A DNA stretch of 64,000 nucleotides, taken from assembly GCA_965223265.1 (NCBI GenBank), contig OZ244999.1, positions 992,001 to 1,056,000 of the forward strand, written 5' to 3'. This stretch comes from Planctomycetota bacterium. GTDB lineage: Bacteria > Planctomycetota > UBA8108 > SXIK01. The notes under the pieces were generated by a model. It had not been told where the DNA came from. It was given only the letters and a program-made list of their open reading frames with translations, and ran no database searches. Made by a program: the position numbers and the translations under genes. Position 1 is the first letter of the stretch. Each line of letters begins with the position of its first letter. Shown piece after piece: positions 22,980 through 33,245 of this stretch.

Positions 22980-24476
22980 CTACGCCAGAATGTCGTGAAT
23001 CACCTCGGCGTCTTCCACCCCCGTCAAGCGACGATCGAAACCGCTGTTGAAGTAGGTCAGTCGCGTGTGGTCAAGCCCCATGAGGTGGAGGATCGTGGCG
23101 TGGAGGTCGCGGACGTGCCGGCGGTCGACCGCAGCTTCGAATCCGAGTGGGTCGGTCTCGCCGTAACTCGTACCGCCTTTGATGCCGCCGCCAGCGAGCC
23201 AGTAGGTGAAGCCCTTGGGGTTGTGATCGCGGCCGACACCGCCGTTTTGTGAGACAGGCTGGCGTCCGAACTCACCGCCCCAGACGACAAGGGTTTCGTC
23301 GAGGAGACCGCGCTGCTTGAGGTCGCTCAGCAGTCCAGCGATCGGCCGATCCACTTCCGGACCGTGGATCTTGAGGTTTTCCTCCGCACCCATGTGTGCG
23401 TCCCAGTTCTGATGCTGTGTGCCGCCGCCGTGATAGAGCTGGACGAAACGAACGCCGCGTTCGACGAGACGGCGCGCCGTCAGGCACTGCTCACCGAATG
23501 GGCGTGGTCCCTGGCTGAGCGGATGCTTCGGCGGTGGGTCGTAGAAACCATAGAGCTCCTTGGTCCGTCGACTCTCCCGCGAGAGATCGAGCGCCTCGGG
23601 CGCCGCACTCTGCAAGCGATATGCGAGCTCGTAGCTGGCGACGCGCGCTTCGAGTTCGGAGTAGCCGGGCACGCGCTGGCGGTACGCTTGATTGAGCTCG
23701 TTGATGGTGCGGATGCGGTCGCGCTGGATAGCAGCCGGAACGTTTCCGGCGGGATTCAGATTCAGGATCGGCTCGCCGCGTGTGCGCAGCACGGTGCCTT
23801 GGTAGGCAGCCGGCATGTAGGCGCTGCCCCAACCGTTGGAGCCGGTGACGGGACCGCCGCGTCGGTCGACCATGACGACGAACGCTGGGAGTTCGTTCGT
23901 GGCGCTGCCAAGACCGTACGTCAGCCAAGCTCCGAGCGACGGGTGGCCCTGCAGCGTCTGGCCGGAATTCATCTGCAGCAGAGCCGAGCCGTGGATGAAC
24001 GAGTCTGCGTAGAGCGATTTCACGACCGCGAGTTCGTCCATGTGCTTCGAGACGTGCGGGAAGACGTCTGAGCACCAAAGTCCTGACTCGCCGCAGCGCT
24101 CGAACGCGCGCTGTGAACCGAGCAGTTTCTTCTTTTGGAAGTTCTGTTGGCGTAGTTCGACCTCCGCCGTCTTGCCGTCGTACTTTTGCAGCTCTGGCTT
24201 GAAGTCGAACGTGTCAACCTGGGACGGTCCCCCGTACATGAACAGGAAGATGCAGCTTTTCGCCTTCGGGGCGAAGTGCGGTTCTTTCTCGGCGAGCGGG
24301 TTACGAAAGCCTTCCGGCGTGGAGGCGCGCGCTGCGTCAGTGAGGGGGAGGTCTTGCGCGAAGAATCGGTCTTTCTCGAGCAGCGACAGCAGAGCAAGGC
24401 CGGTGAAACCAGCTCCGGTCTCCCAGAGGAACTCGCGCCGCGTGCGGCCGCAAAACTGTGAAGCGGGGCGTTGCAT
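22980..24476 (-). CDS. DUF1501 domain protein (Tat-like signal)
   Basis: TRREFL, IFLFMYGGPSQVDTFD, ARRLVERGVRFVQ, WDAH, GEFGR, GRDHNP. Confidence 0.93.
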   Translation of the reverse strand: MQRPASQFCGRTRREFLWETGAGFTGLALLSLLEKDRFFAQDLPLTDAARASTPEGFRNPLAEKEPHFAPKAKSCIFLFMYGGPSQVDTFDFKPELQKYDGKTAEVELRQQNFQKKKLLGSQRAFERCGESGLWCSDVFPHVSKHMDELAVVKSLYADSFIHGSALLQMNSGQTLQGHPSLGAWLTYGLGSATNELPAFVVMVDRRGGPVTGSNGWGSAYMPAAYQGTVLRTRGEPILNLNPAGNVPAAIQRDRIRTINELNQAYRQRVPGYSELEARVASYELAYRLQSAAPEALDLSRESRRTKELYGFYDPPPKHPLSQGPRPFGEQCLTARRLVERGVRFVQLYHGGGTQHQNWDAHMGAEENLKIHGPEVDRPIAGLLSDLKQRGLLDETLVVWGGEFGRQPVSQNGGVGRDHNPKGFTYWLAGGGIKGGTSYGETDPLGFEAAVDRRHVRDLHATILHLMGLDHTRLTYFNSGFDRRLTGVEDAEVIHDILA

Positions 24477-24488
24477 AGTGCTTTGAGT

Positions 24489-27400
24489 CTACTCGATGTA
24501 GATGAATTCGCTCAAGTTGACGAGGACGAGGCAGAGCGACCCCAGAGCGCTGCGGCGGGCCCAGTTCGCCACGTCCCGGCGCTCCGGCGCCTCAATGCGC
24601 ACGGTTTCACCGGCGGGGCTGCGTAGGGCCGCATCCTTAAGTGTTGCTGCTGCGCCCACGGCGCGCACGCCGAACGCAGCCGTTCTGTTGATTAGCTGAA
24701 GACCCTTCAAATCCAGGATCGGGGCGTCGGCGTCCGTCTCAGTTGCCCCAAGCCAGAAGCTCAGACGGTTGCCATCGATTCGCAGTCGGAACGGGATGTC
24801 GACCCCCGCGTTCATCTCGACGGCACCGCTCGCCACGGTCGTCGTCTTCTCCACAGTGTGGTGCCTTAACTCGACACGCGACTCCCCCGGGAGCAAGCAA
24901 ACCTCGTAGCCGCGAAGGAGATCGATCGCCTGTCTCCCCGCCGTTCGTTCTCGATGCACGATCGTGCTGCCGGCGATCAGACCGGCGAGGGTCGTGTTGG
25001 CATCGAGTCGGAGCGCACCACTCACGTCACCGCGCTCGAACGTCTTGCCGTCCCAGAGCGCGAACGGTCCACGCCCGTCGACGACAATCTCCGTGGCGTA
25101 CCATGGGCGCCAGTCGCCGCGGCCGTAGCGCCAAGCGGTGCGCGGGCCGGAGAGCAGATGGTGCGCCGAGAGCTTCGCGAAGAGCGCGGTGGCGAGACTG
25201 TCGGGGACGAGCGGTTCAAAAGTCAACTCGCCTGCGATCGCTTTGTAATGCACTTCCTGTCGCTTGAGAAAGTTCTTGGCGGTTTCGATCTCGGCGGCGC
25301 GCGGGGAGCGCGACAGAGTCAACGCGTACGCGCGTTCAATCTGTGCGGTCGCATCACTTCCGGCGTCTCTTTCAAGCCGGGCAGCGAACGCTTCGGCTTG
25401 ACGCCGAGTGAAGCGGCTGTTGAGCAGCAACAGCGCCTGCGGCGCCACAGTCGTGACTGAGCGGGAGCCCATCGCGGCGACGCTCGGTGTGTAGTCGAAG
25501 CTTTCGAAGAAAGGCGGATGGAGTCCGCGCTTGAGAAAGACGTACAGCGATCGTCGCGCGATTTCGCTCTCGGTGGAGACTTCCCAGCCTCTTCCGGGAA
25601 CGGGCTCGCCGGCCAGGACGCTCCGGTCGAGAAACGGGAATGAACCGCGTCCGCGCATCTTCGAGTTGAGCTCTCCCGAGACTGCGAGGATGGCGTCGCG
25701 AATCCCTTCCGCTTCCAAGCGCCGGAAGTTTTGCCGCCAAAGAAGTCGGTTCGACGGATCGACATGGGCAGCAGCCGGCGCCGTCGCTCGCTGCTGCGTC
25801 GACGCGGCAGTGTCGGTCGCAACCTGGGACGAACTCCGCTGGTAAGTGCGCGAAAGCAGGATCAAGCGATGAATGTGCTTGAGACTCCATCCCGACGCGA
25901 CGAGCTCGCTGGCAAGCCAATCCAGGAGGCGAGGATGCGTCGGGCGTTCTCCCAGTCGACCGAAGTCGTCCGGCGTCGCGACAATGCCGCGGCCGAAGTG
26001 GTGGCGCCAAAGACGATTGACGATGACCCGTGCGGTCAGCGGGTTACTCGGTGCCGCGATCCAGTCTGCGAGAGCCCGTCGACGTCCAGTGCTGGAGGCT
26101 GTCGCCCTCGCTGTGGGCAGGCCGGGTGTCGCCTGCGGCGTCAAAACTTCGAGGAAGCGCGGGTCGACGCGCTCTGCGGGCGACTCCGGACTGCCGCGTG
26201 TGAGTACGTGCGTCGTGCGAGGGCGTGCGCCGCGCTCGCGGACCGCGAGAACCCAATCGAACGGGGCTTCCTGGGCGCGCGCTGCTTCCACGTCGGCTTC
26301 CAAGCGTGATTTCTCCATGCGGCCGTCGACGTCGAGAGCGGCGACGATATCCTCGTCCTTCGGCTGCGCGCGTTTGAGCGCGTCGCGCGCGAGCAGAGAT
26401 TGCTCGGAGTCGCGTTCGTTTTTGGGAATGGCGTACGCTTCTCGCAGTTTCGCTGGCAGTGCGGCGAGGCGCTCTTCAAAGAGTCGTTCGCGCACAGGTT
26501 TGATGAACTCCTGCAGTTTCTTTTCCGCACCCTGCAAGCGTTCGCGGTGTTGTTCTGACCACTTCGCCGCCGTTTCTTTGTCCGTGAGTGGGACAAGGAC
26601 CGAGTCTTCGGGGGAATACTTCGGCTCCGCGTAGGGACGCATGTTGTGAAAGAATGCTAGCGTTCTGTAGTAATCGCGCTGTGAGATCGGATCGGAGCGG
26701 TGATCGTGGCAGCGGGCACAGGCAACTGTCAGTCCCAGAAACGCCGTCGAGGTCGTCTCGATGACGTCATGTAGCTCGTCGTAGTGCGCCAGGCGTTTGT
26801 CGTCGGCAGACATCTCCCACACGCCGAGGCGATAGTAACCAGTCGCGATCAACGACTCGTCGCTGACGCTTTCGAGCTCGTCCCCTGCCAGCTGCTCGCG
26901 CACAAACAGATCGTACGGCTTGTCGCTGTTCCAGCTGTCGACGACGTAGTCTCGATAGCGCCACGCGAACGGTTTTTCACCATCGAATTCGTAGCCGTCG
27001 CTCTGCGCGTAGCGTACGAGATCAAGCCAGTGACGTCCCCAGCGCTCGCCATAACGTGGACTGGCGAGAAGGCGATCGACGACCTTTTCATAGGCGTTGG
27101 GTGAGGCGTCGGCAAGAAACGCCGCCACGTCCCTCGGTCGCGGCGGCAGTCCAGTCAGGTCGAAGGTCAGGCGGCGCATCAAGGTGCGACGATCCGCGGT
27201 TGGCTGCGGCGTGATCTTCTCAGCTTTGAGTCGCGCCAAAACAAACGCATCGATCGCACCGCTGCGGCGGTCACTCCCTTGGGCGTGTGGTGGCTGAGGG
27301 CGGGTGATCGGTCGAAACGCCCAATAGTCGCGATCGGCTGCGGTGATTTGAAGCGTCGCTGCTTCGTCCGGCGGTGGAGTCGAGCTTTGCGGCCACGGCG

Positions 27401-27788
27401 CTCCCATTCGGATCCAACGCTCCAGCGCGTCGACGTGCCGCGCATCGATTGTCTTCTTCGGCGGCATCTTGATGCCCTGCGTTCGCCGCACCGCCTTCAG
27501 GAGAAGACTCTCCTCGGGGTGAAACGGCACAATCGCAGGTCCACGATAGCCGCCAAGCAAAAGCGCGGTGCGTGAGTCGACGCGCAGGCTATTGCGTTGA
27601 CGTTCTTGGCCATGGCAGCCGTAGCAGTTTTCCGCCAGGAGGGGCCGGATGCGGTTTTCGAAGAAGGCCGATTGCTCGCGCGTCGGCGGCGGACGGTCAT
27701 CGCTGGCACGTGTCGCCGGAGCCGCGAGAACCGCGGTCAGAATCGTGATCGTGAGTGTCAGAAGGCGCGTGACAACGTCGGAGCACAT
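24489..27788 (-). CDS. PSCyt1 cytochrome c + DUF1549 + PSD1(DUF1553) protein
   Basis: FFENRIRPLL, CYGCH, CARCHDH, YGERWGRHWLD, TARVIVNRLW, HPRLLDWLA. Usual partner of DUF1501. Confidence 0.93.
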   Translation of the reverse strand: MCSDVVTRLLTLTITILTAVLAAPATRASDDRPPPTREQSAFFENRIRPLLAENCYGCHGQERQRNSLRVDSRTALLLGGYRGPAIVPFHPEESLLLKAVRRTQGIKMPPKKTIDARHVDALERWIRMGAPWPQSSTPPPDEAATLQITAADRDYWAFRPITRPQPPHAQGSDRRSGAIDAFVLARLKAEKITPQPTADRRTLMRRLTFDLTGLPPRPRDVAAFLADASPNAYEKVVDRLLASPRYGERWGRHWLDLVRYAQSDGYEFDGEKPFAWRYRDYVVDSWNSDKPYDLFVREQLAGDELESVSDESLIATGYYRLGVWEMSADDKRLAHYDELHDVIETTSTAFLGLTVACARCHDHRSDPISQRDYYRTLAFFHNMRPYAEPKYSPEDSVLVPLTDKETAAKWSEQHRERLQGAEKKLQEFIKPVRERLFEERLAALPAKLREAYAIPKNERDSEQSLLARDALKRAQPKDEDIVAALDVDGRMEKSRLEADVEAARAQEAPFDWVLAVRERGARPRTTHVLTRGSPESPAERVDPRFLEVLTPQATPGLPTARATASSTGRRRALADWIAAPSNPLTARVIVNRLWRHHFGRGIVATPDDFGRLGERPTHPRLLDWLASELVASGWSLKHIHRLILLSRTYQRSSSQVATDTAASTQQRATAPAAAHVDPSNRLLWRQNFRRLEAEGIRDAILAVSGELNSKMRGRGSFPFLDRSVLAGEPVPGRGWEVSTESEIARRSLYVFLKRGLHPPFFESFDYTPSVAAMGSRSVTTVAPQALLLLNSRFTRRQAEAFAARLERDAGSDATAQIERAYALTLSRSPRAAEIETAKNFLKRQEVHYKAIAGELTFEPLVPDSLATALFAKLSAHHLLSGPRTAWRYGRGDWRPWYATEIVVDGRGPFALWDGKTFERGDVSGALRLDANTTLAGLIAGSTIVHRERTAGRQAIDLLRGYEVCLLPGESRVELRHHTVEKTTTVASGAVEMNAGVDIPFRLRIDGNRLSFWLGATETDADAPILDLKGLQLINRTAAFGVRAVGAAATLKDAALRSPAGETVRIEAPERRDVANWARRSALGSLCLVLVNLSEFIYIE

Positions 27789-27885
27789 AGGACGATCAGC
27801 CGAGAAATGAGGGGCGCGTGAAACTCAGTCCAGTCCTTCATCCATTAGAGTCGGTCGCAGCTCTGCGCGCAAGTTGCTGCCGGGC

Positions 27886-29232
27886 TCAGAACTCGCGCGA
27901 CAGTCGCACCAGAACTTCGTGGCCGCCGTACTTGCCGTCGCGAATCACACCGCTGTTGAACGCGTATCCGACTTGCAAGCGCGTCTGCCAAAAGAACCCT
28001 GTCGTTACTCGCGGGCCAACCGCGAAAAGAATATCGTCCTGGCGCTTGATACCGCTGCTGCGCAAGCGTTCACGATCGACGTAGGCAACGGAGGCCCGCA
28101 AGCCGAGCATCGAAATCGGCAGAATTTGAAATCGGTACTCGCCCGTCAGGACCGCGTAGTTCGACGTGATGAACTCGTCGATGAGGGCGCCGGGGATGAC
28201 CGTTCGCGAGATAGCATCGAATTCACTTTCGTCGGGACCACCTCCAACTCGAAAGCCACTGAAACGGTCGAGGTCAAATCCAGTGCCGCCGTGCAGCGAC
28301 GCGACGAGGCGGTGAGCTTCACTCTCGACCCAAGGAACACCCGCGGCGCCGACGAGATAGCCAGAGAACGCTCCGAACTCTTTGGTCTCGCCACCGGGTT
28401 CGCGGCGGTCGCGTCCCCAGCTGTTCCAGCGGACGCGGTAGCCAATGATGCCGTCGGCGCCGAGGGCGAATCCCGCATGCGGTAGCTCGAGGAAATTGCG
28501 CTCGAGCTTGTCGAGCCGCATCGTGAGGCGGAGCGTCTCGTCGAACGTGTCCAGCGGATCGTCGAAGTCTGTGGCGGCGTCGCCTCCCGTGCTGTCGAAG
28601 TAGAGAAAGCCGCGTTCCTGAATGATCGCAACGCTGAACATGTTGTCGCTGTTTCCGGGTTCATCCAGTTGGACGCGATAGCCGACGCCAAGTCCCAAGT
28701 TGATGTTTCCCCAGAGAAGCTCTTCGTTGTCGATCCGCTCGCCATCGACGAATGTGGCTTCCTCGACTGGGAGCGTGAAGGTGCGGAGCGTCAGGACGAC
28801 TTCGAAAGGGCTGCCGCGCGGCGACCTGGCGTAGAGTGCGTCGTTCCAGATTCCCAACATCGTGGCGCGCATGAATTCGTCGTCATTCGGGCGTTTCCAG
28901 AAGTAGAGGACGCCGTACGGGAGGACTTCGGCTTCCGTCACACCCGGCGCCACCGTGCTGGCACCGATGTCCAGCGCCAATCGTCTGCGGCGGTCGCGCG
29001 GCGCGACGTGGATCGGGCGTCCAAAAAGCTCGGTGCGGAATCCTTCGCCGGCGCGCGGCGTGCGCACCCCTTGCAGGCCGAGGTCGAGATGCGAACCTTG
29101 GTCTGAGGCTGCCGCGGGCAGAACGTGTTTGCCCGGTGGCGGATCTGTCTGAGTCTCGGGCGCCGCAACGATGACACGCGATGCAAAGACGAGCCACACG
29201 AGACAACCGGCTGCTCGGAAGATGATCTTCAC
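27886..29232 (-). CDS. Probable outer-membrane beta-barrel protein
   Basis: Signal peptide, alternating amphipathic strands, C-terminal Phe (LVRLSREF). Confidence 0.6.
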   Translation of the reverse strand: MKIIFRAAGCLVWLVFASRVIVAAPETQTDPPPGKHVLPAAASDQGSHLDLGLQGVRTPRAGEGFRTELFGRPIHVAPRDRRRRLALDIGASTVAPGVTEAEVLPYGVLYFWKRPNDDEFMRATMLGIWNDALYARSPRGSPFEVVLTLRTFTLPVEEATFVDGERIDNEELLWGNINLGLGVGYRVQLDEPGNSDNMFSVAIIQERGFLYFDSTGGDAATDFDDPLDTFDETLRLTMRLDKLERNFLELPHAGFALGADGIIGYRVRWNSWGRDRREPGGETKEFGAFSGYLVGAAGVPWVESEAHRLVASLHGGTGFDLDRFSGFRVGGGPDESEFDAISRTVIPGALIDEFITSNYAVLTGEYRFQILPISMLGLRASVAYVDRERLRSSGIKRQDDILFAVGPRVTTGFFWQTRLQVGYAFNSGVIRDGKYGGHEVLVRLSREF

Positions 29233-29254
29233 ACCGGGTGGATGGCGCAGCTGG

Positions 29255-29773
29255 TTACGAGAGGAGCTTCGGATCGCGGAGCGTCTCCAGCATATCCGAC
29301 GTGCTGTGGTCTTTAGGATCGCCAACGATCGCTACCTGTCCGCCGTAGGCTTCGACAACGGTGCGTTCGGGGATATCCTCGAGGCGATAGTCTGTGCCCT
29401 TGGTGTGAAAGTCAGGGCGCAGGAGATCGAGGAGTTCAGCGGGCGTGCGTTCGCGAAGCGGAACAACGAAATCGACCATCTCGAGGGCCGCCAAGATTTC
29501 GAACCGTTCCGCGTCGGGGTTGACGGGTTTGCGATCAGGCTTGATGACTTTCATCGAGGCGTCCGTATTGACCCCCAAAACCAGGACGTCGCCAAGCGCC
29601 TTCGCCGCCGCAAGGTATCGTATGTGACCGACGTGGAGTAGCTCGAAACAACCGTTCGCGAACACGACCTTGGCGCCACCGCGGCGCAGTTCATCAAGGC
29701 GATCGCGGAGCTTCTCAGGGTCGAGGAAGATCTTCTTAGCGCAAGTGTCTGCGATCGCTCGGTGGAGTTTCAT
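29255..29773 (-). CDS. RfaE domain II-like adenylyl/cytidylyltransferase
   Basis: [27 protein letters not shown]. Confidence 0.88.
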   Translation of the reverse strand: MKLHRAIADTCAKKIFLDPEKLRDRLDELRRGGAKVVFANGCFELLHVGHIRYLAAAKALGDVLVLGVNTDASMKVIKPDRKPVNPDAERFEILAALEMVDFVVPLRERTPAELLDLLRPDFHTKGTDYRLEDIPERTVVEAYGGQVAIVGDPKDHSTSDMLETLRDPKLLS

Positions 29774-30100
29774 CCATCGCCTCAAAAGGGGATTTAACCG
29801 CCGCCCTCAAGATGGCGGATTGTAAGGAGCGTTCGGAGGGGTGTCAATGACAGCTTGTCTGTAGGCGCTCGCCAGCCTGTCGCGCCAAAACGGGTTTTTC
29901 AGCGTTAGGGAAGATGGAAGATGGCCGCAAGTTCTTCGCCCGTCGAAGTGTGTTTCGCCGCAGCGAGAAGAAAAACACTTTCCTCTCCGTGTCGCCTCGG
30001 TGCTAATCTGAAGGTAGGGTCTGGAGTTTGAGCTGCGGCGCCCCGCAAGAGACTCGGCGTTCGCAGCGTGCCAATTCTGCAGCTATTGATAGGTGCTGAT

Positions 30101-31297
30101 ATGAGTGTGTTGATGATCAATTCAAGTCGCCTGGCAGTGAGCCTCGTCGCGGTCTTGTTGTCTGCGAGTATTGTAGGGCCATCGCTTCACTCGGAGGAGG
30201 TCGCAGCGAATGAGGAGGGGAAAGGCGAGAAAAAGGCGCCGCGAGTCAGAGCACCCGCTGACATCACCGACGACGAACCGTTCGCCAAAGTGTTTTCGTT
30301 GGAGAAAGCCGCCGACTACCTGGATCACTCATCGCTTCATTGGCAGCAGTCGAGAAAGTGCGGCACGTGTCACACGAATATTGCCTACATGATGGCGCGG
30401 CCAGCGTTGACGCCGCTGAGGCCGCAATCTGACGACGTGCGCAAGTTTTTCGAATCGATGGTGACAGAGCGCTGGGAGGACAAGGAGAAGGGGCCGCGAT
30501 GGGATGCGGAGGTTGTGTGCGTAGCGGCGACTCTGGCGATCAACGACGCGGCGACGAGCGGCCAGCTGCACGAGACAACGCGGCGAGCGTTGGATCGCAT
30601 GTTCGATCTGCAGCGCGAAGATGGTGGTTGGGACTGGCTGATCTGTGGATGGCCGCCGATGGAGTACGACGATCATTTCGGTGCCACGTTGGCGGCGGTC
30701 GGGATCGGCGCGGCGCCGGGCGACTTCGCGGCGACGGAAAAAGCGAAGAAGAGTCTCGCGGGAATTCGTCGCTACCTGCAAGCGAATCCGCCAGTGTCGA
30801 TGCAGCACCGGTTGATGGTGATGTGGGCGTCCTTGGAGGTTGATGGGCTCATGGGCGAGGTGGAACGGCAGGCGCTGCTGGGCGATGTGATGGGGCAGCA
30901 GAAAGCCGACGGCGGTTGGAACACAGCGACGCTGCTGCCCAAGGAACACAAGCGAAAGGACGACGTGGCGCAGGATTTCGACTCGAGCGATGGGTATGCG
31001 ACGGGTTTCGTGGTCTACCTGGCGCGGCGTGCGGGGATGCCGGCGAGCGATCCCAGGTTGGCACGTGGAATCTTGTGGCTGGCGACGAACCAGAGGGAGA
31101 CGGGTCGTTGGTACACGGCGTCGCCGACCAAGGATAGCAAACACTTACTCAGCAACTACGGTACGGCCTTCGCGGTGCTGGCGCTCGCGGAGAGCGGTTT
31201 GGTGAAGCCGTCGGCGTCGGGCGCGGCGGAGCCGTCGACGGCGGCATCTCAGAATGGCGCCGAAGGTGCGGAGGGCAAGGGCGCGGGCGCGGATTGA
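30101..31297 (+). CDS. Exported prenyltransferase/squalene-cyclase-repeat protein with CxxCH
   Basis: Signal peptide, CGTCH, QW-like repeats QREDGGW, QKADGGW, QRETGRW. Confidence 0.75.
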   Translation: MSVLMINSSRLAVSLVAVLLSASIVGPSLHSEEVAANEEGKGEKKAPRVRAPADITDDEPFAKVFSLEKAADYLDHSSLHWQQSRKCGTCHTNIAYMMARPALTPLRPQSDDVRKFFESMVTERWEDKEKGPRWDAEVVCVAATLAINDAATSGQLHETTRRALDRMFDLQREDGGWDWLICGWPPMEYDDHFGATLAAVGIGAAPGDFAATEKAKKSLAGIRRYLQANPPVSMQHRLMVMWASLEVDGLMGEVERQALLGDVMGQQKADGGWNTATLLPKEHKRKDDVAQDFDSSDGYATGFVVYLARRAGMPASDPRLARGILWLATNQRETGRWYTASPTKDSKHLLSNYGTAFAVLALAESGLVKPSASGAAEPSTAASQNGAEGAEGKGAGAD

Positions 31298-31521
31298 TGG
31301 TGGCGCAGTGGCGCGCCTTCGTGGGAGCGTGGCCTGATCCCGAAGTGCTGGCGGTCAGGCGCAGCGCGTTGGCGACGCGGAAGCCCCGAGTCTTCCGCCG
31401 GGGGGCGTCGGCAGAGCAGGCGGGGTTCGCCGAGCATTGCGGACCCCGCCGAGCGCCCGTCTGGCACTGCCTGCCAGCGCACTATATAATGATGGTGTCG
31501 ACAGACATGCCGAAAGCATTC

Positions 31522-31874
31522 GGGGGCGACCTGGATTCGACCGGACGCAAGGAAGCATGGGCTGCAGGATGAGGTTCCAGGTGGCCTCATAAAACCCCTG
31601 GGCAATCTTAGTTGGCAACACCAACTACGCAATGGCTGCCTAAAGCGGCCCCTTCGCCGATTCCTTCTCCCTTAGGGAGTCGAACGAGGGCCATAACTAA
31701 GGGATAGTGCCGGAGCTTCGCTTCTGGGCGAAGGTGCGAAACTTTCAGAAGCTGGCCTCGACGGATCCTGTCCTTTGGAGCCTGACGGGCGAGACACCAA
31801 AAGAAGGACTATTCCTGTAGACGCTCACGTGGACTCGTCTCGGGACGGGGGTTCGATTCCCCCCGCCTCCACCA
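31522..31874 (+). ncRNA. ssrA: tmRNA
   Basis: 5' GGGGGCGAC..GATTCGAC and 3' GGTTCGATTCCCCCCGCCTCCACCA. Tag ORF 31614-31643 encodes (A)GNTNYAMAA*. smpB is nearby. Confidence 0.96.
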
Positions 31875-31902
31875 CTCTAAATCACCACCCCAAAACGACT
31901 TA

Positions 31903-32427
31903 GTGGAAGAACCGGGGCGTTTTGGAACAGAAGCGCCAGAAACCGGAACGGGACCGGAACCGCGTGACACGCGCGCGGCACAAAGGGACATAGATTGCGA
32001 ACTTACAGATTCGCAAACTGTCACCGACCGGAACGAAGGCGGCGCTAAGGCGCACTATCCCGGAACCGGATTTGGGCCCCCTGTGGGCCCCAGGCCCGAA
32101 CCCGCACAAGAGCTAGAAGAGCTCGTGTCAGTTCTTCGCGCGAAATGGCCGGAGCTTCCACCCGAACTCCGCCAGGGCGTTGTCGGCATGCTTCGTGGAG
32201 CCCTCGGTGCGGTTCCATTCGGAACTGGTGGTGCCGAAGCCTCCGACCCGCCTGGAACCGACGTCACCCGCTGCGCCATTTGCGATGGGTTGGTGACAGT
32301 CCATTGCGTCCTTTGCTCCCGGTGCGAGCGCGCAGCGTGCGCCGGACACTTCGTCTTTGACCCAGGCTTTGAGTGGCTCTGTCCGCATTGCGTGGAGCTA
32401 CTGGGCGGGGAAGTGGACGCTGACTGA
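31903..32427 (+). CDS. Hypothetical protein with a C-terminal Cys-rich Zn-finger-like segment
   Basis: KWPELPPELRQGVVGML helix motif, then CAIC..CVLC..C..C..H..CPHC. Start is uncertain. Confidence 0.45.
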   Translation: MEEPGRFGTEAPETGTGPEPRDTRAAQRDIDCELTDSQTVTDRNEGGAKAHYPGTGFGPPVGPRPEPAQELEELVSVLRAKWPELPPELRQGVVGMLRGALGAVPFGTGGAEASDPPGTDVTRCAICDGLVTVHCVLCSRCERAACAGHFVFDPGFEWLCPHCVELLGGEVDAD

Positions 32428-32463
32428 CCGGAGGCTCCCTGTGAAGAAGCTTCCGTTTCTGCT

Positions 32464-33147
32464 TCAAGTCTGCTCGTCAAGTCTGCGTTGGCGAGAAAAC
32501 CACTCCTCGAGCTCGTCAATCTCTCGCTCAATTCGGTCGCGGACAAACTCTGGCAGGCTCTCGAATTTCTCGCGAAGGCAGCGGCGCATATCGGAAATGT
32601 GCTCACCGTGGGTTGAGCCGGTGAGCCCTTCCGCTGCTGCTTCTTCCCTTCGCGGGTCACGCTCTGGGTCAGAAATCCAGTCGTCTGAAGACGCCCCAAA
32701 CCTCGATTGCTGCATTTCTTCAGAATCGAGCATGTCGTCAAGGCAAGAAATCGTTGCTTCTTCAATCTCAAAGACAACGAGCGAGAGCTCTTCGCCGTGT
32801 TGCTCTGCCCACTCGAGTTGCGTTGCGCTGTATGCCTCAAAGTACTCTGCGTCAGTATCTCCCTTCCTGAGCGAGAGAAAAGAAAGCAGCGCTCCAATCG
32901 TTTTATCTGAGTCGTCAGCATGAAGAGGAGAGCCAGCAAAGCCGTCCCCTTGAAAAATCGTCATGTCACCGTGGCGCATTTCGTAGCCAATTTCGGTCTG
33001 ACCGCGGTCGTCACGCCGGTGGGTATCCCACATATCGAGCACAACTTTCTCACCGTCAATCTCTGTAATGACGAGTCCTTCGTGCAGAAAATCGCGCGGG
33101 TCTTCACGCTCTGTGTCTTGACTTGTGTCCTGTTCTCTTGCGGCCAT
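32464..33147 (-). CDS. Hypothetical acidic protein, possibly phage-derived
   Basis: 227-aa ORF with a globular-looking core (WDT...IFQGDGFAGSPLHADDSD...LLSFLSLRKGDTDAEYF). Divergent from nrdJ. Confidence 0.65.
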   Translation of the reverse strand: MAAREQDTSQDTEREDPRDFLHEGLVITEIDGEKVVLDMWDTHRRDDRGQTEIGYEMRHGDMTIFQGDGFAGSPLHADDSDKTIGALLSFLSLRKGDTDAEYFEAYSATQLEWAEQHGEELSLVVFEIEEATISCLDDMLDSEEMQQSRFGASSDDWISDPERDPRREEAAAEGLTGSTHGEHISDMRRCLREKFESLPEFVRDRIEREIDELEEWFSRQRRLDEQT

Positions 33148-33245
33148 GGGTCATTTTGCCACGACCCTCTTTCTTACTCAAACCACGTGGAGTGTGACCG
33201 AAACACTCTATTTGCTTAGCGTTTCTCGCTGTGAGACCATTAGCC

